From: an uncultured Clostridia bacterium
Lineage (GTDB): Bacteria > Bacillota > Clostridia > TANB77 > CAG-508
Assembly: GCA_947589645.1 (NCBI GenBank)
Contig: CANQCG010000005.1
Location: 1 to 57,361, forward strand
Length of the DNA stretch: 57,361 bases
Direction of reading: 5' to 3'
In this document: positions 8,876 to 17,880 of the stretch, one piece after another
How positions within the stretch are numbered: the first letter of the stretch is position 1
Layout: each line of letters opens with the position of its first letter
The notes under the pieces: generated by a model
Seen by the model: the letters and a program-made list of their open reading frames with translations, nothing else
Told to the model about the DNA's origin: nothing
Databases searched by the model: none
Translations under genes and position numbers: made by a program

Positions 8876-9095
8876 ATATATCTTTTCTAAAATGAGGCCT
8901 TTTCTAGTCGTTTCACATTTAGATTAATATATTTCTTCTGAAAAAATGGCCTTTTCTAGTCCGATTCATTTTTTGGATTAATATATTTCTTTTGCAAAAA
9001 CACCCCTTTTCTACAAGCTAGCATTATAACTTTACATAAAAATAAAATGCTAGCTTGTAGAAAAGGCCTATTTTTGAAAAAGATATATATAATTT
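8876..9095. repeat. Composite intergenic repeat, copy A (two ~53-bp units plus palindromic core)
   Basis: CTTTTCTA at ~8904, 8956, 9011; core TTTTCTACAAGCTAGCATT-loop(ACTTTACATAAAA)-AATGCTAGCTTGTAGAAAA. Confidence 0.85.
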
Positions 9096-9167
9096 TCATA
9101 TATTATAATAAAAAATAAAAACCACCCATGAAACGGGTGGCTATTATTTTTCGCTTTAATATTAATG

Positions 9168-9250
9168 ATTAATTATTAGTTATTAATTATTAGTTATTAA
9201 TTATTAGTTATTAATTATTTATTATTTATTATTAATTATTTATTATTAAT
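9168..9250. repeat. AT-rich 14-bp tandem repeat
   Basis: ATTAATTATTAGTT x3, degenerating into the SPFH stop codon. Confidence 0.75.
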
Positions 9251-10149
9251 TATTTATTATCTTTTAAAACTTCTTTAATTGCACCTAAGCTACTTAAAGC
9301 ACTTGTTGCTTCAAAAGGAATAAATACTTTATTAGCTTCTCCATCAGCAACTTTCTCTAAAGCTTCTAGAGATTTTAATTGAACTAATTTTTCATCAGGA
9401 TTTGCATTTTTAATAGCTTCATAAACTAATTTAATTTCTTTAGCCTTAGCTTCAGCAACCTCTTTTATAGCTTCTGCTTGACCAGCGGCTCTTCTTATAG
9501 CAGCTTCTTTATCAGCATCAGCCTCTAAGATAGCAGCTTCTTTTTTACCTTCAGCAATAGTGATTGCAGATTGTCTTTGAGCTTCAGCTTCAAGAATTAA
9601 AGCTCTTTTATTTCTTTCTGCATTCATTTGTTTTTCCATTGCATCTCTAATATCAGCTGGAGGGTTGATATCTTTAATTTCAACTCTATCTATTTTACAT
9701 CCCCATCTGTCAGTAGCTTCATCAAGAATTACTCTTAATTTTTGGTTTATAGCATCTCTTGAACTAAATGTTTCATCTAAGTCCATTTTACCAACAATAT
9801 CACGAATTGTTGTAATTGCTAAATATTCAATACCTTTCTTTAAGCTTTGAATTTCATAAACTGCTTTAGCAGGGTCAGTTATTTGATAGAATACAACTGT
9901 ATCTATAGTAATTGTAACATTATCTTTAGTAATAACTCCTTGAGGTGGAATATCCATTGTTTGTTGTTTCAAACTAACAACACTTCTTACTTGATCTAAG
10001 AATGGAAATATTATTGTAAGACCGGCATCTGCTACTTTATGGAATTTACCCAATCTTTCAATAATGTAAACCTCAGCTTGTTTAACAACTTTAATTGATT
10101 TAAATGCGATAACTAATACTATAATTAGTAAAACGATTAAAAACCACAT
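9250..10149 (-). CDS. SPFH/band 7 (stomatin-like, QmcA-type) protein
   Basis: IERLGKF, VITKDNV, MEKQMNAER motifs. Confidence 0.95.
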   Translation of the reverse strand: MWFLIVLLIIVLVIAFKSIKVVKQAEVYIIERLGKFHKVADAGLTIIFPFLDQVRSVVSLKQQTMDIPPQGVITKDNVTITIDTVVFYQITDPAKAVYEIQSLKKGIEYLAITTIRDIVGKMDLDETFSSRDAINQKLRVILDEATDRWGCKIDRVEIKDINPPADIRDAMEKQMNAERNKRALILEAEAQRQSAITIAEGKKEAAILEADADKEAAIRRAAGQAEAIKEVAEAKAKEIKLVYEAIKNANPDEKLVQLKSLEALEKVADGEANKVFIPFEATSALSSLGAIKEVLKDNK

Positions 10150-10217
10150 TTTAAAAAACCTCCCTTTGTAGCTTTTAAGCTACTATATATTTAAAAAATA
10201 TTAAAAACTAATTTTGC

Positions 10218-10345
10218 CAACTTTGAATTTAGTCAAAGTGCGAATGAATTGTTTAAACTTTGAATTTTAATCAAAGTTCCAATTAATGTTTAAACTTTGT
10301 ATAAAAACAAATCAATGTTTAAACTTTACATAAAAACAAAACTAA
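10218..10345. repeat. Imperfect tandem repeats between nfeD-like and SPFH genes
   Basis: Recurrent TGTTTAAACTTT units; last copy contains ACTTTACATAAAA. Confidence 0.6.
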
Positions 10346-10347
10346 TA

Positions 10348-10791
10348 TTAATTTTGTGTGCTTGGAACTTTTATTGGTTCAACAAAAGCTTTAACACCTT
10401 GAATTTTAACAATTCTAACTTTAGAATCTTTTGGAATAACTAAATTTGATTCGCAAGTTGCAGACCAAACTTCTCCACCAACTTTAATTTGACCTTTTCC
10501 ATCTTCTACATTAATTTCTTCAATTACAGTTGCAGTTTTTCCATTTAATGTATAAACATTTGTAGGAACTGAATCTTTTTTAGTAAATTTATCCGCAAAA
10601 GATTTAGTACATAAAATTAATGTTATAGAAGAAAAGACAAAAGCTGCTGTCTGAATAAATATATTGCTTGTAAATATGCTAACAACTAAAGCAATTAAAG
10701 CACCAATACCTAGCCAAAAAATTAAAAAGCCAACAGTTAAGATTTCACCTATAAAAAATATTCCAGCGGCAATTAACCAAAACAACCACAT
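10348..10791 (-). CDS. NfeD family protein (SPFH partner)
   Basis: Hydrophobic N-terminus and GQIKVGGEVWSA OB-fold; upstream of the SPFH gene. Confidence 0.92.
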   Translation of the reverse strand: MWLFWLIAAGIFFIGEILTVGFLIFWLGIGALIALVVSIFTSNIFIQTAAFVFSSITLILCTKSFADKFTKKDSVPTNVYTLNGKTATVIEEINVEDGKGQIKVGGEVWSATCESNLVIPKDSKVRIVKIQGVKAFVEPIKVPSTQN

Positions 10792-10976
10792 ATTAATACC
10801 ATTCCTTTCTTGCTCTGCTCACCAAAGCACACATAAAATAAAAAATATTCTTTTTAAACCAATATTTTCTAAAGCGTATACATAAATATTATACTATATA
10901 TTTCCAAAAAATTAAATAGATTTATTTAAAATTATTGTAAAAAAAATAAAAAAATGATAAAATTCAAAAAAAGATT

Positions 10977-12056
10977 GTGGAGGAATTAACTTTGAAATTA
11001 GAACAAATCTTAGAAAAATCAAACATAAGCAAAGAGTCCATATATTATAATGAACCAATGAGTAAACATACGAGTTTCAAAATTGGAGGAACGGCGGAAT
11101 GTTATATAAGAGTAGACAGCCTAGAAAATTTGCAAGAAATTTTAAAGCTATCAAACGAAAACAATATACCTCTAACAATAATTGGCAATGGAACAAATAT
11201 ACTTGTTAAAGATGAAGGCATAAAAGGAATTGTAGCAAAAATAAACATAAAAAGCATTGAAATATATAAAAATAATGTAGCAACCAGCGTAGGTGCCGAA
11301 AGCACAGAGGCAGAAACAAGTAACAAAAGCGTTACAGCAAAAGCAGGAGCCGAAAGCACTATGGAAGAAGCGGTGCAAAGCACAGTGACACAAGTAGGAG
11401 CCGAAAGCACAGAGGCAGAAACAAGTAACGAAAGCGTTACAGCCAAAGTAGGTGCCGGAAGCACTATGGCAGAAGTAGCGCAAGCATTGTGCAAAAATGG
11501 ACTTACTGGTTTTGAGGAACTATCAGGAATTCCAGGCACAATTGGCGGAGCCATAAGGATGAATGCCGGAGCACATGGTAAAGAAATAAAAGATGTAGTT
11601 ATAAATGTAACAGCTATAGATTATAAAGGAAACATTAAAAAATTTAGCAACGAAGAAATGCAATTTGAATACAGAAACAGCATTTTTTCTAAAGAAAAAT
11701 ACATAATTATAGGTGCGGAGTTAAAATTATCAAAAGGAAACAAGCAAGAAATAGAAGAAAAAATGAAACAATACATGACTTGGAGAAAAGAGCACCAGCC
11801 ATTAGAATACCCAAATGCAGGAAGTACCTTTAAAAGAGGGGCAGATTTTGTAACAGCACAGCTTATTGATGAATGTGGTTTAAAAGGTTATACAATAGGT
11901 GGAGCACAAATTTCAACAAAACATGCAGGATTTATAATAAATAAAGAAAATGCAAAAGCTCAAGATGTCTTAAAATTAGTAGAGCATACAAAAAAAGAAG
12001 TCTTAAAAAAATTTGGAAAGCAAATAGAATTAGAAATAGAAGTAATAGGCGACTAA
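10977..12056 (+). CDS. murB: UDP-N-acetylenolpyruvoylglucosamine reductase with internal repeat insertion
   Basis: HTSFKIGG, GNGTNIL, GIPGTIGGAIRMNAGA, AGSTFKR, STKHAGFIIN. Confidence 0.95.
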   Translation: MEELTLKLEQILEKSNISKESIYYNEPMSKHTSFKIGGTAECYIRVDSLENLQEILKLSNENNIPLTIIGNGTNILVKDEGIKGIVAKINIKSIEIYKNNVATSVGAESTEAETSNKSVTAKAGAESTMEEAVQSTVTQVGAESTEAETSNESVTAKVGAGSTMAEVAQALCKNGLTGFEELSGIPGTIGGAIRMNAGAHGKEIKDVVINVTAIDYKGNIKKFSNEEMQFEYRNSIFSKEKYIIIGAELKLSKGNKQEIEEKMKQYMTWRKEHQPLEYPNAGSTFKRGADFVTAQLIDECGLKGYTIGGAQISTKHAGFIINKENAKAQDVLKLVEHTKKEVLKKFGKQIELEIEVIGD

Positions 12057-12119
12057 AGAACATAACACTAATAAAAAAATTAACAATAAATCCAGAAAAA
12101 TAGATAGGAGAATACAAAA

Positions 12120-13778
12120 ATGAAAGGTTTTTTACAATGGTTTAAATCAAGTTCAAAAATGAAAAGATGGATGTTATTAATATTAGTAGGAATCATACTA
12201 GCATGCTATGGAATAGCACAAGTTTTAGTTTATGATGTAGTAGATGCAACCTTCGAAGCCATAGGAAAAATTGTCATAACATTTGTAATTGGTTTTACTT
12301 GTATAGTGCTAGGTTTAGTATTTTTAAATAAAAGAACCCTAGAAATATTAGTTGAATCAACAGACGAGCGAATGGCCAATAAGAAAAATGTAAATGTAAA
12401 ATCATTAATATTCAATAAAACCATATATGACGAAGGACCAAATGTTGTAGTAATAGGTGGAGGAAGCGGTTTAAACACTGTACTTACAGGGCTTAAAAAC
12501 TATACTAAAAATATAACTGCAATAGTAACAGTATCAAGCTATGGGGAGCAAATGTCAGACTCTAGGAGAGATTTAGGAACTTTACCAGTAGAAGACATAA
12601 AAGACAGCATGATAGCACTAAATATGCATAACGAAGAAATGCAAAAATTGTTTAACCATAATTTCTCAACTGGAAGGCTAAAAGGACTTTCATTTGCAGA
12701 CATATATTTTCTTGGCATGAAAGAAGTAAACAAAGACTTTTCAGAAGCCATAGTAAAGAGTAACGAAATATTAAATATAGTAGGAAAAGTATTACCAGCC
12801 ACTTTAGAAGAAATACAAATTTCTGCAGAATTAAATAATGGTTATGTAGTAAATGACAGATCAAAAATTTCTGAAGTTGTAACAGATAAATTCGCAAAAA
12901 TAAACAGAGTATATATAACTCCATCTAACTGTAAACCAGCACCAGGAGTAATCGAAGCAATTCAAAATGCAGACAGCATAATAATAGGACCAGGAAGTTT
13001 ATACACAAATGTAATTCCAAACCTACTTGTAAATGGTGTAGCTAAAGCAATTAAAGATAGCAAAGCAATAAAAATTTATGTTAGCAACATAATGACAGAG
13101 CAAGGACAAACCGACGATTACTCAGTTTCAGACCATATAAACGCAATAATTGAGCACTGTGGAGAAGGGTTAATTGATTACTGTATTTATGATACAGGAG
13201 AAATAATTCCAGAATACATAAAAAGATATAACCAAGAAGGTGCAGACTTAGTTGAACAAAACATTGATCAAATAAAAACCAAAGGAATTAAGTTTATACA
13301 TAAAAATATCTCTATGATATCAGATGGAAGAATAAGACATGATGCATCATTAGTTGCAAGTTCAGTAATAGAGCTAATATGTAACGACTTAAAATATCAA
13401 GATAAGCAAAATGATCCACAATACATGTTGTTAAATTCTAAATTAGAATCTGATAAACGAATTAATAAATTAAAAAAGAAACAAGAAAGACAAGTCAAGA
13501 AAAAAGATAAAAGCGAGAGCGAAGGAAAAAGACAAAAAGGAAAACAAAGTAAATTTAGCGCTAAATATCAAGATAGAATTAAATCTATTAAAGAGTCAGA
13601 TAGCAAAATGAAAGAAAGAAAAGCAGGAAGACCAGCAACAAGAAGAAGTACAACCACACATATTGCAAACACGCACACAGCAAACACGCACACAGCAAAC
13701 ACGCACACTGCAGGCACGCACACAACAAGTGCACATACAGCAAACACATACAGCAAAAATACGCAGAAAAAGAAATAG
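12120..13778 (+). CDS. yvcK: YvcK/GlmR (CofD-like) family protein with N-terminal TMs and a basic repeat tail
   Basis: VVVIGGGSGL, GPGSLYTNVIPNLLV, NIMTEQGQT, RHD motifs. Confidence 0.85.
   Translation: MKGFLQWFKSSSKMKRWMLLILVGIILACYGIAQVLVYDVVDATFEAIGKIVITFVIGFTCIVLGLVFLNKRTLEILVESTDERMANKKNVNVKSLIFNKTIYDEGPNVVVIGGGSGLNTVLTGLKNYTKNITAIVTVSSYGEQMSDSRRDLGTLPVEDIKDSMIALNMHNEEMQKLFNHNFSTGRLKGLSFADIYFLGMKEVNKDFSEAIVKSNEILNIVGKVLPATLEEIQISAELNNGYVVNDRSKISEVVTDKFAKINRVYITPSNCKPAPGVIEAIQNADSIIIGPGSLYTNVIPNLLVNGVAKAIKDSKAIKIYVSNIMTEQGQTDDYSVSDHINAIIEHCGEGLIDYCIYDTGEIIPEYIKRYNQEGADLVEQNIDQIKTKGIKFIHKNISMISDGRIRHDASLVASSVIELICNDLKYQDKQNDPQYMLLNSKLESDKRINKLKKKQERQVKKKDKSESEGKRQKGKQSKFSAKYQDRIKSIKESDSKMKERKAGRPATRRSTTTHIANTHTANTHTANTHTAGTHTTSAHTANTYSKNTQKKK
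13655..13753 (+). repeat. 15-bp coding tandem repeat (THTAN)n
   Basis: ACGCACACAGCAAAC-type units, about 6 imperfect copies. Confidence 0.85.
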
Positions 13779-13797
13779 CAAAGGAGGAAAAACTTAA

Positions 13798-15816
13798 ATG
13801 GTATTTACCAAAGAAAGTCTAAATTTAGAAAATGGAATACAAAAGGAATGGATAATAACAAATGGTATAGGGGGATATGCTTCATCTACAGCTATTGGAG
13901 TTAACACAAGAAAATATCATGGCTTATTAATAGCTGCCTTAAACCCTCCTGCCAGTAGACATTTGATACTTTCAAAAGTAGACGAAAGTTTGCAAATAGA
14001 AGACGAAAAATACAATTTATATACTAATATAAATAAAAATTATATTTCAGATGGTTACATCTATCAAGAAACATTTGCAAAAGAGTATATACCAACTTTC
14101 ACATACAAAATAAAAAATGTAAAAATTACAAAATCAATCTGTATGGAATATGGAAAAAACACAGTTGCTATTTCTTATAAAGTAAAAAACGGAGCGAAAA
14201 GGGCAACGCTAACATTAGCGCCACTATTAAACTTTAGAGATTATCATAGCACGAGTACAAATCATAAATTTAGCTTCACTCAAGAAATACAAGATAATAA
14301 GTTAAAATATATTATAGATAACAACGAAGCTACGCCTGTTTTTATTTCCGTTCCAAACTCTAAATATGTAATACACAATAACGATTCTTTTAATAACATG
14401 TTCTATTTAGAAGAAGAAAAAAGAGGCTTTATATCAGAAGAAAATCATCTAATACCAGGAGTATTTGAAATAACAATAGAGCCAAAAGAAGAAAAGGAAA
14501 TATCATTTATTTGTTCACTAGAACAAGACATAGAAAAGAAAACGGCTAAAAAAATAATCGAAAAAGAAGTTACAAGGTTAAACAAAATAATTAACCAAAC
14601 AGAATTAATAGATAATAAACTATCAAAAACAGACGAAGAACTTATAAAAAGTTTAATTATTGCAACAGACAATTTTGTAGCGCATAGATTAAGCCCTGAC
14701 GCATATACAATAATTGCGGGTTACCCATGGTTTATAGATTGGGCAAGAGACACATTAATTTCATTTGAAGGAATTTTATTAATAACTAAAAGATATGATA
14801 TAGCAAAACAAATATTACTAACTATCACAAAAGACATAAAAAATGGTCTTATTCCGAATTGTTATTCAGACTTTGATAATAAGCCATTATTTAATAGTGC
14901 AGATAGTTCATTATTACTTTTTGAACAAGTGCAAAAATATTTGCAATACACAGATGACTACAAATTTATAAAAGAAAACCTATATGAACATTTAAAATCT
15001 ATTATAGAAAATTATACATGTGGAATAGATATAGATAACAATAATATTTATTTAGACTATGATAATTTAATAGTTTCAGGAACAGAAGAAACACAAAACA
15101 CATGGATGGATGCAAAATATGATGGAAAACCAATTACTCCTAGAAATGGAAAAGTAGTAGAGATAAATGCTCTATGGTACAATGCGCTTAGAATTATGGC
15201 AGATTTAGAAAACAAAATAGGAAAAAAGGCAAAAGCTAAGCAATACAAAGATTTAGCAGATAGAACCAAATTTTCTTTTAACGAAAAGTTCTACAATAAA
15301 AAAAGAAGATGTTTATTTGATGTATTAGGAGATCCAAAAATTCGTCCAAATCAATTATTTGCTTTAAGTTTAACTTACCCAGTAGTAGATCCTGACTCAG
15401 AAGAAGCAAAAAATATCTTAGACATAGTAGAGAAAAAGCTATTAAACAGTTATGGGCTAAAAACACTTGCTAAGGGCGAAGAAAACTATGAAGAAGTATA
15501 CGAGGGAGACGGCTTTAAAAGGGACTCTTGCTATCATCAAGGAATTACATGGGTATGGCTTTTAGGACTATATTATAATACTTTAAGAAATATGATTAGC
15601 ATGCAAAAAAATAAAAAAGAAAAAGAAAGACTAGAAAAAGTTTTAAAACAATTTAAAAGCGATGTGAAAAACACTTTCGAAGAAGAAATTTCTTCAAGAG
15701 GTTGTATTGGAGGAATAGCAGAAATTTACGATTCTAAAAAGCCACAACTACCTAAAGGAGCAACAAATCAAGCATGGAGTGTGGCAGAGGTACTTAGAAT
15801 TATTACAGCCAAATAA
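13798..15816 (+). CDS. Amylo-alpha-1,6-glucosidase (glycogen debranching enzyme)
   Basis: EWIITNGIGGYASST, AGYPWFIDWARD, TWMDAK...TPRNGK..EINALWYN, QAWSVAE. Confidence 0.92.
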   Translation: MVFTKESLNLENGIQKEWIITNGIGGYASSTAIGVNTRKYHGLLIAALNPPASRHLILSKVDESLQIEDEKYNLYTNINKNYISDGYIYQETFAKEYIPTFTYKIKNVKITKSICMEYGKNTVAISYKVKNGAKRATLTLAPLLNFRDYHSTSTNHKFSFTQEIQDNKLKYIIDNNEATPVFISVPNSKYVIHNNDSFNNMFYLEEEKRGFISEENHLIPGVFEITIEPKEEKEISFICSLEQDIEKKTAKKIIEKEVTRLNKIINQTELIDNKLSKTDEELIKSLIIATDNFVAHRLSPDAYTIIAGYPWFIDWARDTLISFEGILLITKRYDIAKQILLTITKDIKNGLIPNCYSDFDNKPLFNSADSSLLLFEQVQKYLQYTDDYKFIKENLYEHLKSIIENYTCGIDIDNNNIYLDYDNLIVSGTEETQNTWMDAKYDGKPITPRNGKVVEINALWYNALRIMADLENKIGKKAKAKQYKDLADRTKFSFNEKFYNKKRRCLFDVLGDPKIRPNQLFALSLTYPVVDPDSEEAKNILDIVEKKLLNSYGLKTLAKGEENYEEVYEGDGFKRDSCYHQGITWVWLLGLYYNTLRNMISMQKNKKEKERLEKVLKQFKSDVKNTFEEEISSRGCIGGIAEIYDSKKPQLPKGATNQAWSVAEVLRIITAK

Positions 15817-15833
15817 ATAAGGCGTGGTGTCAA

Positions 15834-16853
15834 ATGGTAAAAATCGATGAACTAGAAAAAAACTTAAAACTAAACAACTTATCAAGTTTATATCTACTTT
15901 ACGGAAAAGAAAAATACTTAATAGAAAATAGCTTAAAAAAAATAAAAACAGCCTTTGGCGAGTGTACTAAGGGCATAAATTATATTTGTATTGATCAAGA
16001 TTCGGTTTCGGCAATAGTAGAAGAATTAAGCATGCCAGCATTTGGCTACCCTAAAAAGCTAATTATAGCAAAAAACACAGGGCTATTTAAAAAAGAAGCC
16101 AAAAAAAAGCAATCTGAGCTAAGCAATATAAAAGATGCAATAAATTCTTACATTACTGAAAATATCGAAACAATTAAACAAACCACTATATTAGTATTTG
16201 TCGAAGAAGAAGTAGACAAAACAGAACTTTATTTAACCATAGAAAAGTACGGTACAGTATGCGAAGTGCCTTTGCAAAAACCATTTGAATTAAAAAATAG
16301 GCTAATGCAAATATGCAAAGCATATAAAGTAAATGTAAACGATAGAACAATGCAATATTTTATAGAATGTTGCGGAACAGACTTGCAAACATTAATAAAC
16401 GAAATAAGAAAGTTAATAGAATATGTAGGGCAAAATGGCACTATAACCAATGAATTAATAGACGCATTATCAATAAAACAAATTGAAAGTGTAATATTTG
16501 ATTTAACAGATAATCTTGGGCAAAAAAAAGTAAAAGAAGCCTTTCAAGTATTGCACAATTTAATTTATGCAAAAGAGCCTGTGCAAAAAATTCTAATTAC
16601 ACTTTATAATCATTTCAAAAAATTATATATAGTAAAATTATGCGAAAAATATAATAAAGACATTGCGGGAGCTTTAAAATTATCTCCAAATCAAATGTTT
16701 TTAATAAACAAGTACAAAAATCAAGCGAGGTTTTTTAAAGAGCAAGAGCTAGAAAATATTACTAGAGAATTAAGAAATTTAGATTACAAATATAAAATAG
16801 GTTTAATCGATTTACAATTAGGGTTAGAAGCTATTTTATGTGCATATGTATAA
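15834..16853 (+). CDS. holA: DNA polymerase III delta subunit
   Basis: YLLYGKEKYL, NEIRKL..Y, IFDLTD, LD...K.G pattern; 339 aa. Confidence 0.88.
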   Translation: MVKIDELEKNLKLNNLSSLYLLYGKEKYLIENSLKKIKTAFGECTKGINYICIDQDSVSAIVEELSMPAFGYPKKLIIAKNTGLFKKEAKKKQSELSNIKDAINSYITENIETIKQTTILVFVEEEVDKTELYLTIEKYGTVCEVPLQKPFELKNRLMQICKAYKVNVNDRTMQYFIECCGTDLQTLINEIRKLIEYVGQNGTITNELIDALSIKQIESVIFDLTDNLGQKKVKEAFQVLHNLIYAKEPVQKILITLYNHFKKLYIVKLCEKYNKDIAGALKLSPNQMFLINKYKNQARFFKEQELENITRELRNLDYKYKIGLIDLQLGLEAILCAYV

Positions 16854-16978
16854 TCAAATCTCATATAATCTGTATAAAAAGCTATTTTTTGTGTATATGT
16901 ATAATTATAAATAACATGTATAAAAGAGCCACTTTTGGTAAAAATAATAACAAATTTTTATCAAAGGTGGTTTAATTA

Positions 16979-17677
16979 GTGAAAAACTATTTTTCAAAAC
17001 ATAAAATTAAAATTATAATTTGTTTATTAGTAATTTTTGGCATAGCAATCTCTATATTAGCAATATGTGCTAAAAATAATAATGTAGAAGCATTATCAAA
17101 ATATGGCTCTAGGGGCAGTGAAGTTAGACAAATTCAAGAAAAATTAAAAAGATGGGGCTATTATAATGGTAGTGTAGATGGAATATATGGAAGCCAAACA
17201 ACGGCAGCAGTCAAAAGTTTTCAAAGAAAAAATGGCTTAACTGTTGATGGAATAGCAGGTACTAAAACCTTACAAGCAATGGGAATATATACCTCTAGTA
17301 GTTCATCATCATCTTCTAGTAGCCATTCATCAGATGTTAATTTGCTTGCAAGGCTAATATATGGCGAAGCAAGAGGCGAGCCATATACAGGGCAAGTTGC
17401 TGTTGGAGCAGTTGTGTTAAATAGAGTTAAAAGTAGCAAATTTCCAAACACTATAGCAGGTGTAATTTATCAAGCAGGAGCTTTTGATGTAGTATCAGAT
17501 GGTCAAATTAATATGACGCCAGATTCTACAGCCAAAAAGGCTGCGTCAGATGCTATAAATGGATGGGACCCAAGCTATGGATCAATATATTATTTTAACC
17601 CAGCCACAGCTACAAATGCATGGATTTGGTCAAGACCACATACAGTAACTATTGGTAAGCATAGATTTTGTAAATAA
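16979..17677 (+). CDS. sleB: Spore cortex-lytic enzyme
   Basis: Signal peptide, PG-binding domain (GSRG.EV..IQ..L..WGYY..VDG.YG), LARLIYGEARGEPY.GQVAVGAVVLNRV. Confidence 0.95.
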   Translation: MKNYFSKHKIKIIICLLVIFGIAISILAICAKNNNVEALSKYGSRGSEVRQIQEKLKRWGYYNGSVDGIYGSQTTAAVKSFQRKNGLTVDGIAGTKTLQAMGIYTSSSSSSSSSSHSSDVNLLARLIYGEARGEPYTGQVAVGAVVLNRVKSSKFPNTIAGVIYQAGAFDVVSDGQINMTPDSTAKKAASDAINGWDPSYGSIYYFNPATATNAWIWSRPHTVTIGKHRFCK

Positions 17678-17880
17678 AGGCAATTTCTAATTTGATGTTA
17701 TATATTAAAAATTTCCCAATTTTAAGCAAAAAAATGGGGAAATTTTTTTTGACAATTTTTGAAATTAATAATAGAAGAAAATGGCACTTAAAATATCGCA
17801 ATAATACTTGAAACTAAAAAGTTACTGTGATAAAATAAAAATGTAGAAAAAAGTTGAAAAATGTAAAGAGGTACATAGCG

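Noticed and set aside
9020..9050. dif site from TTATGTAAAGT similarity
   Set aside because: No matching XerC arm at 6-bp spacing, and the motif is multi-copy.
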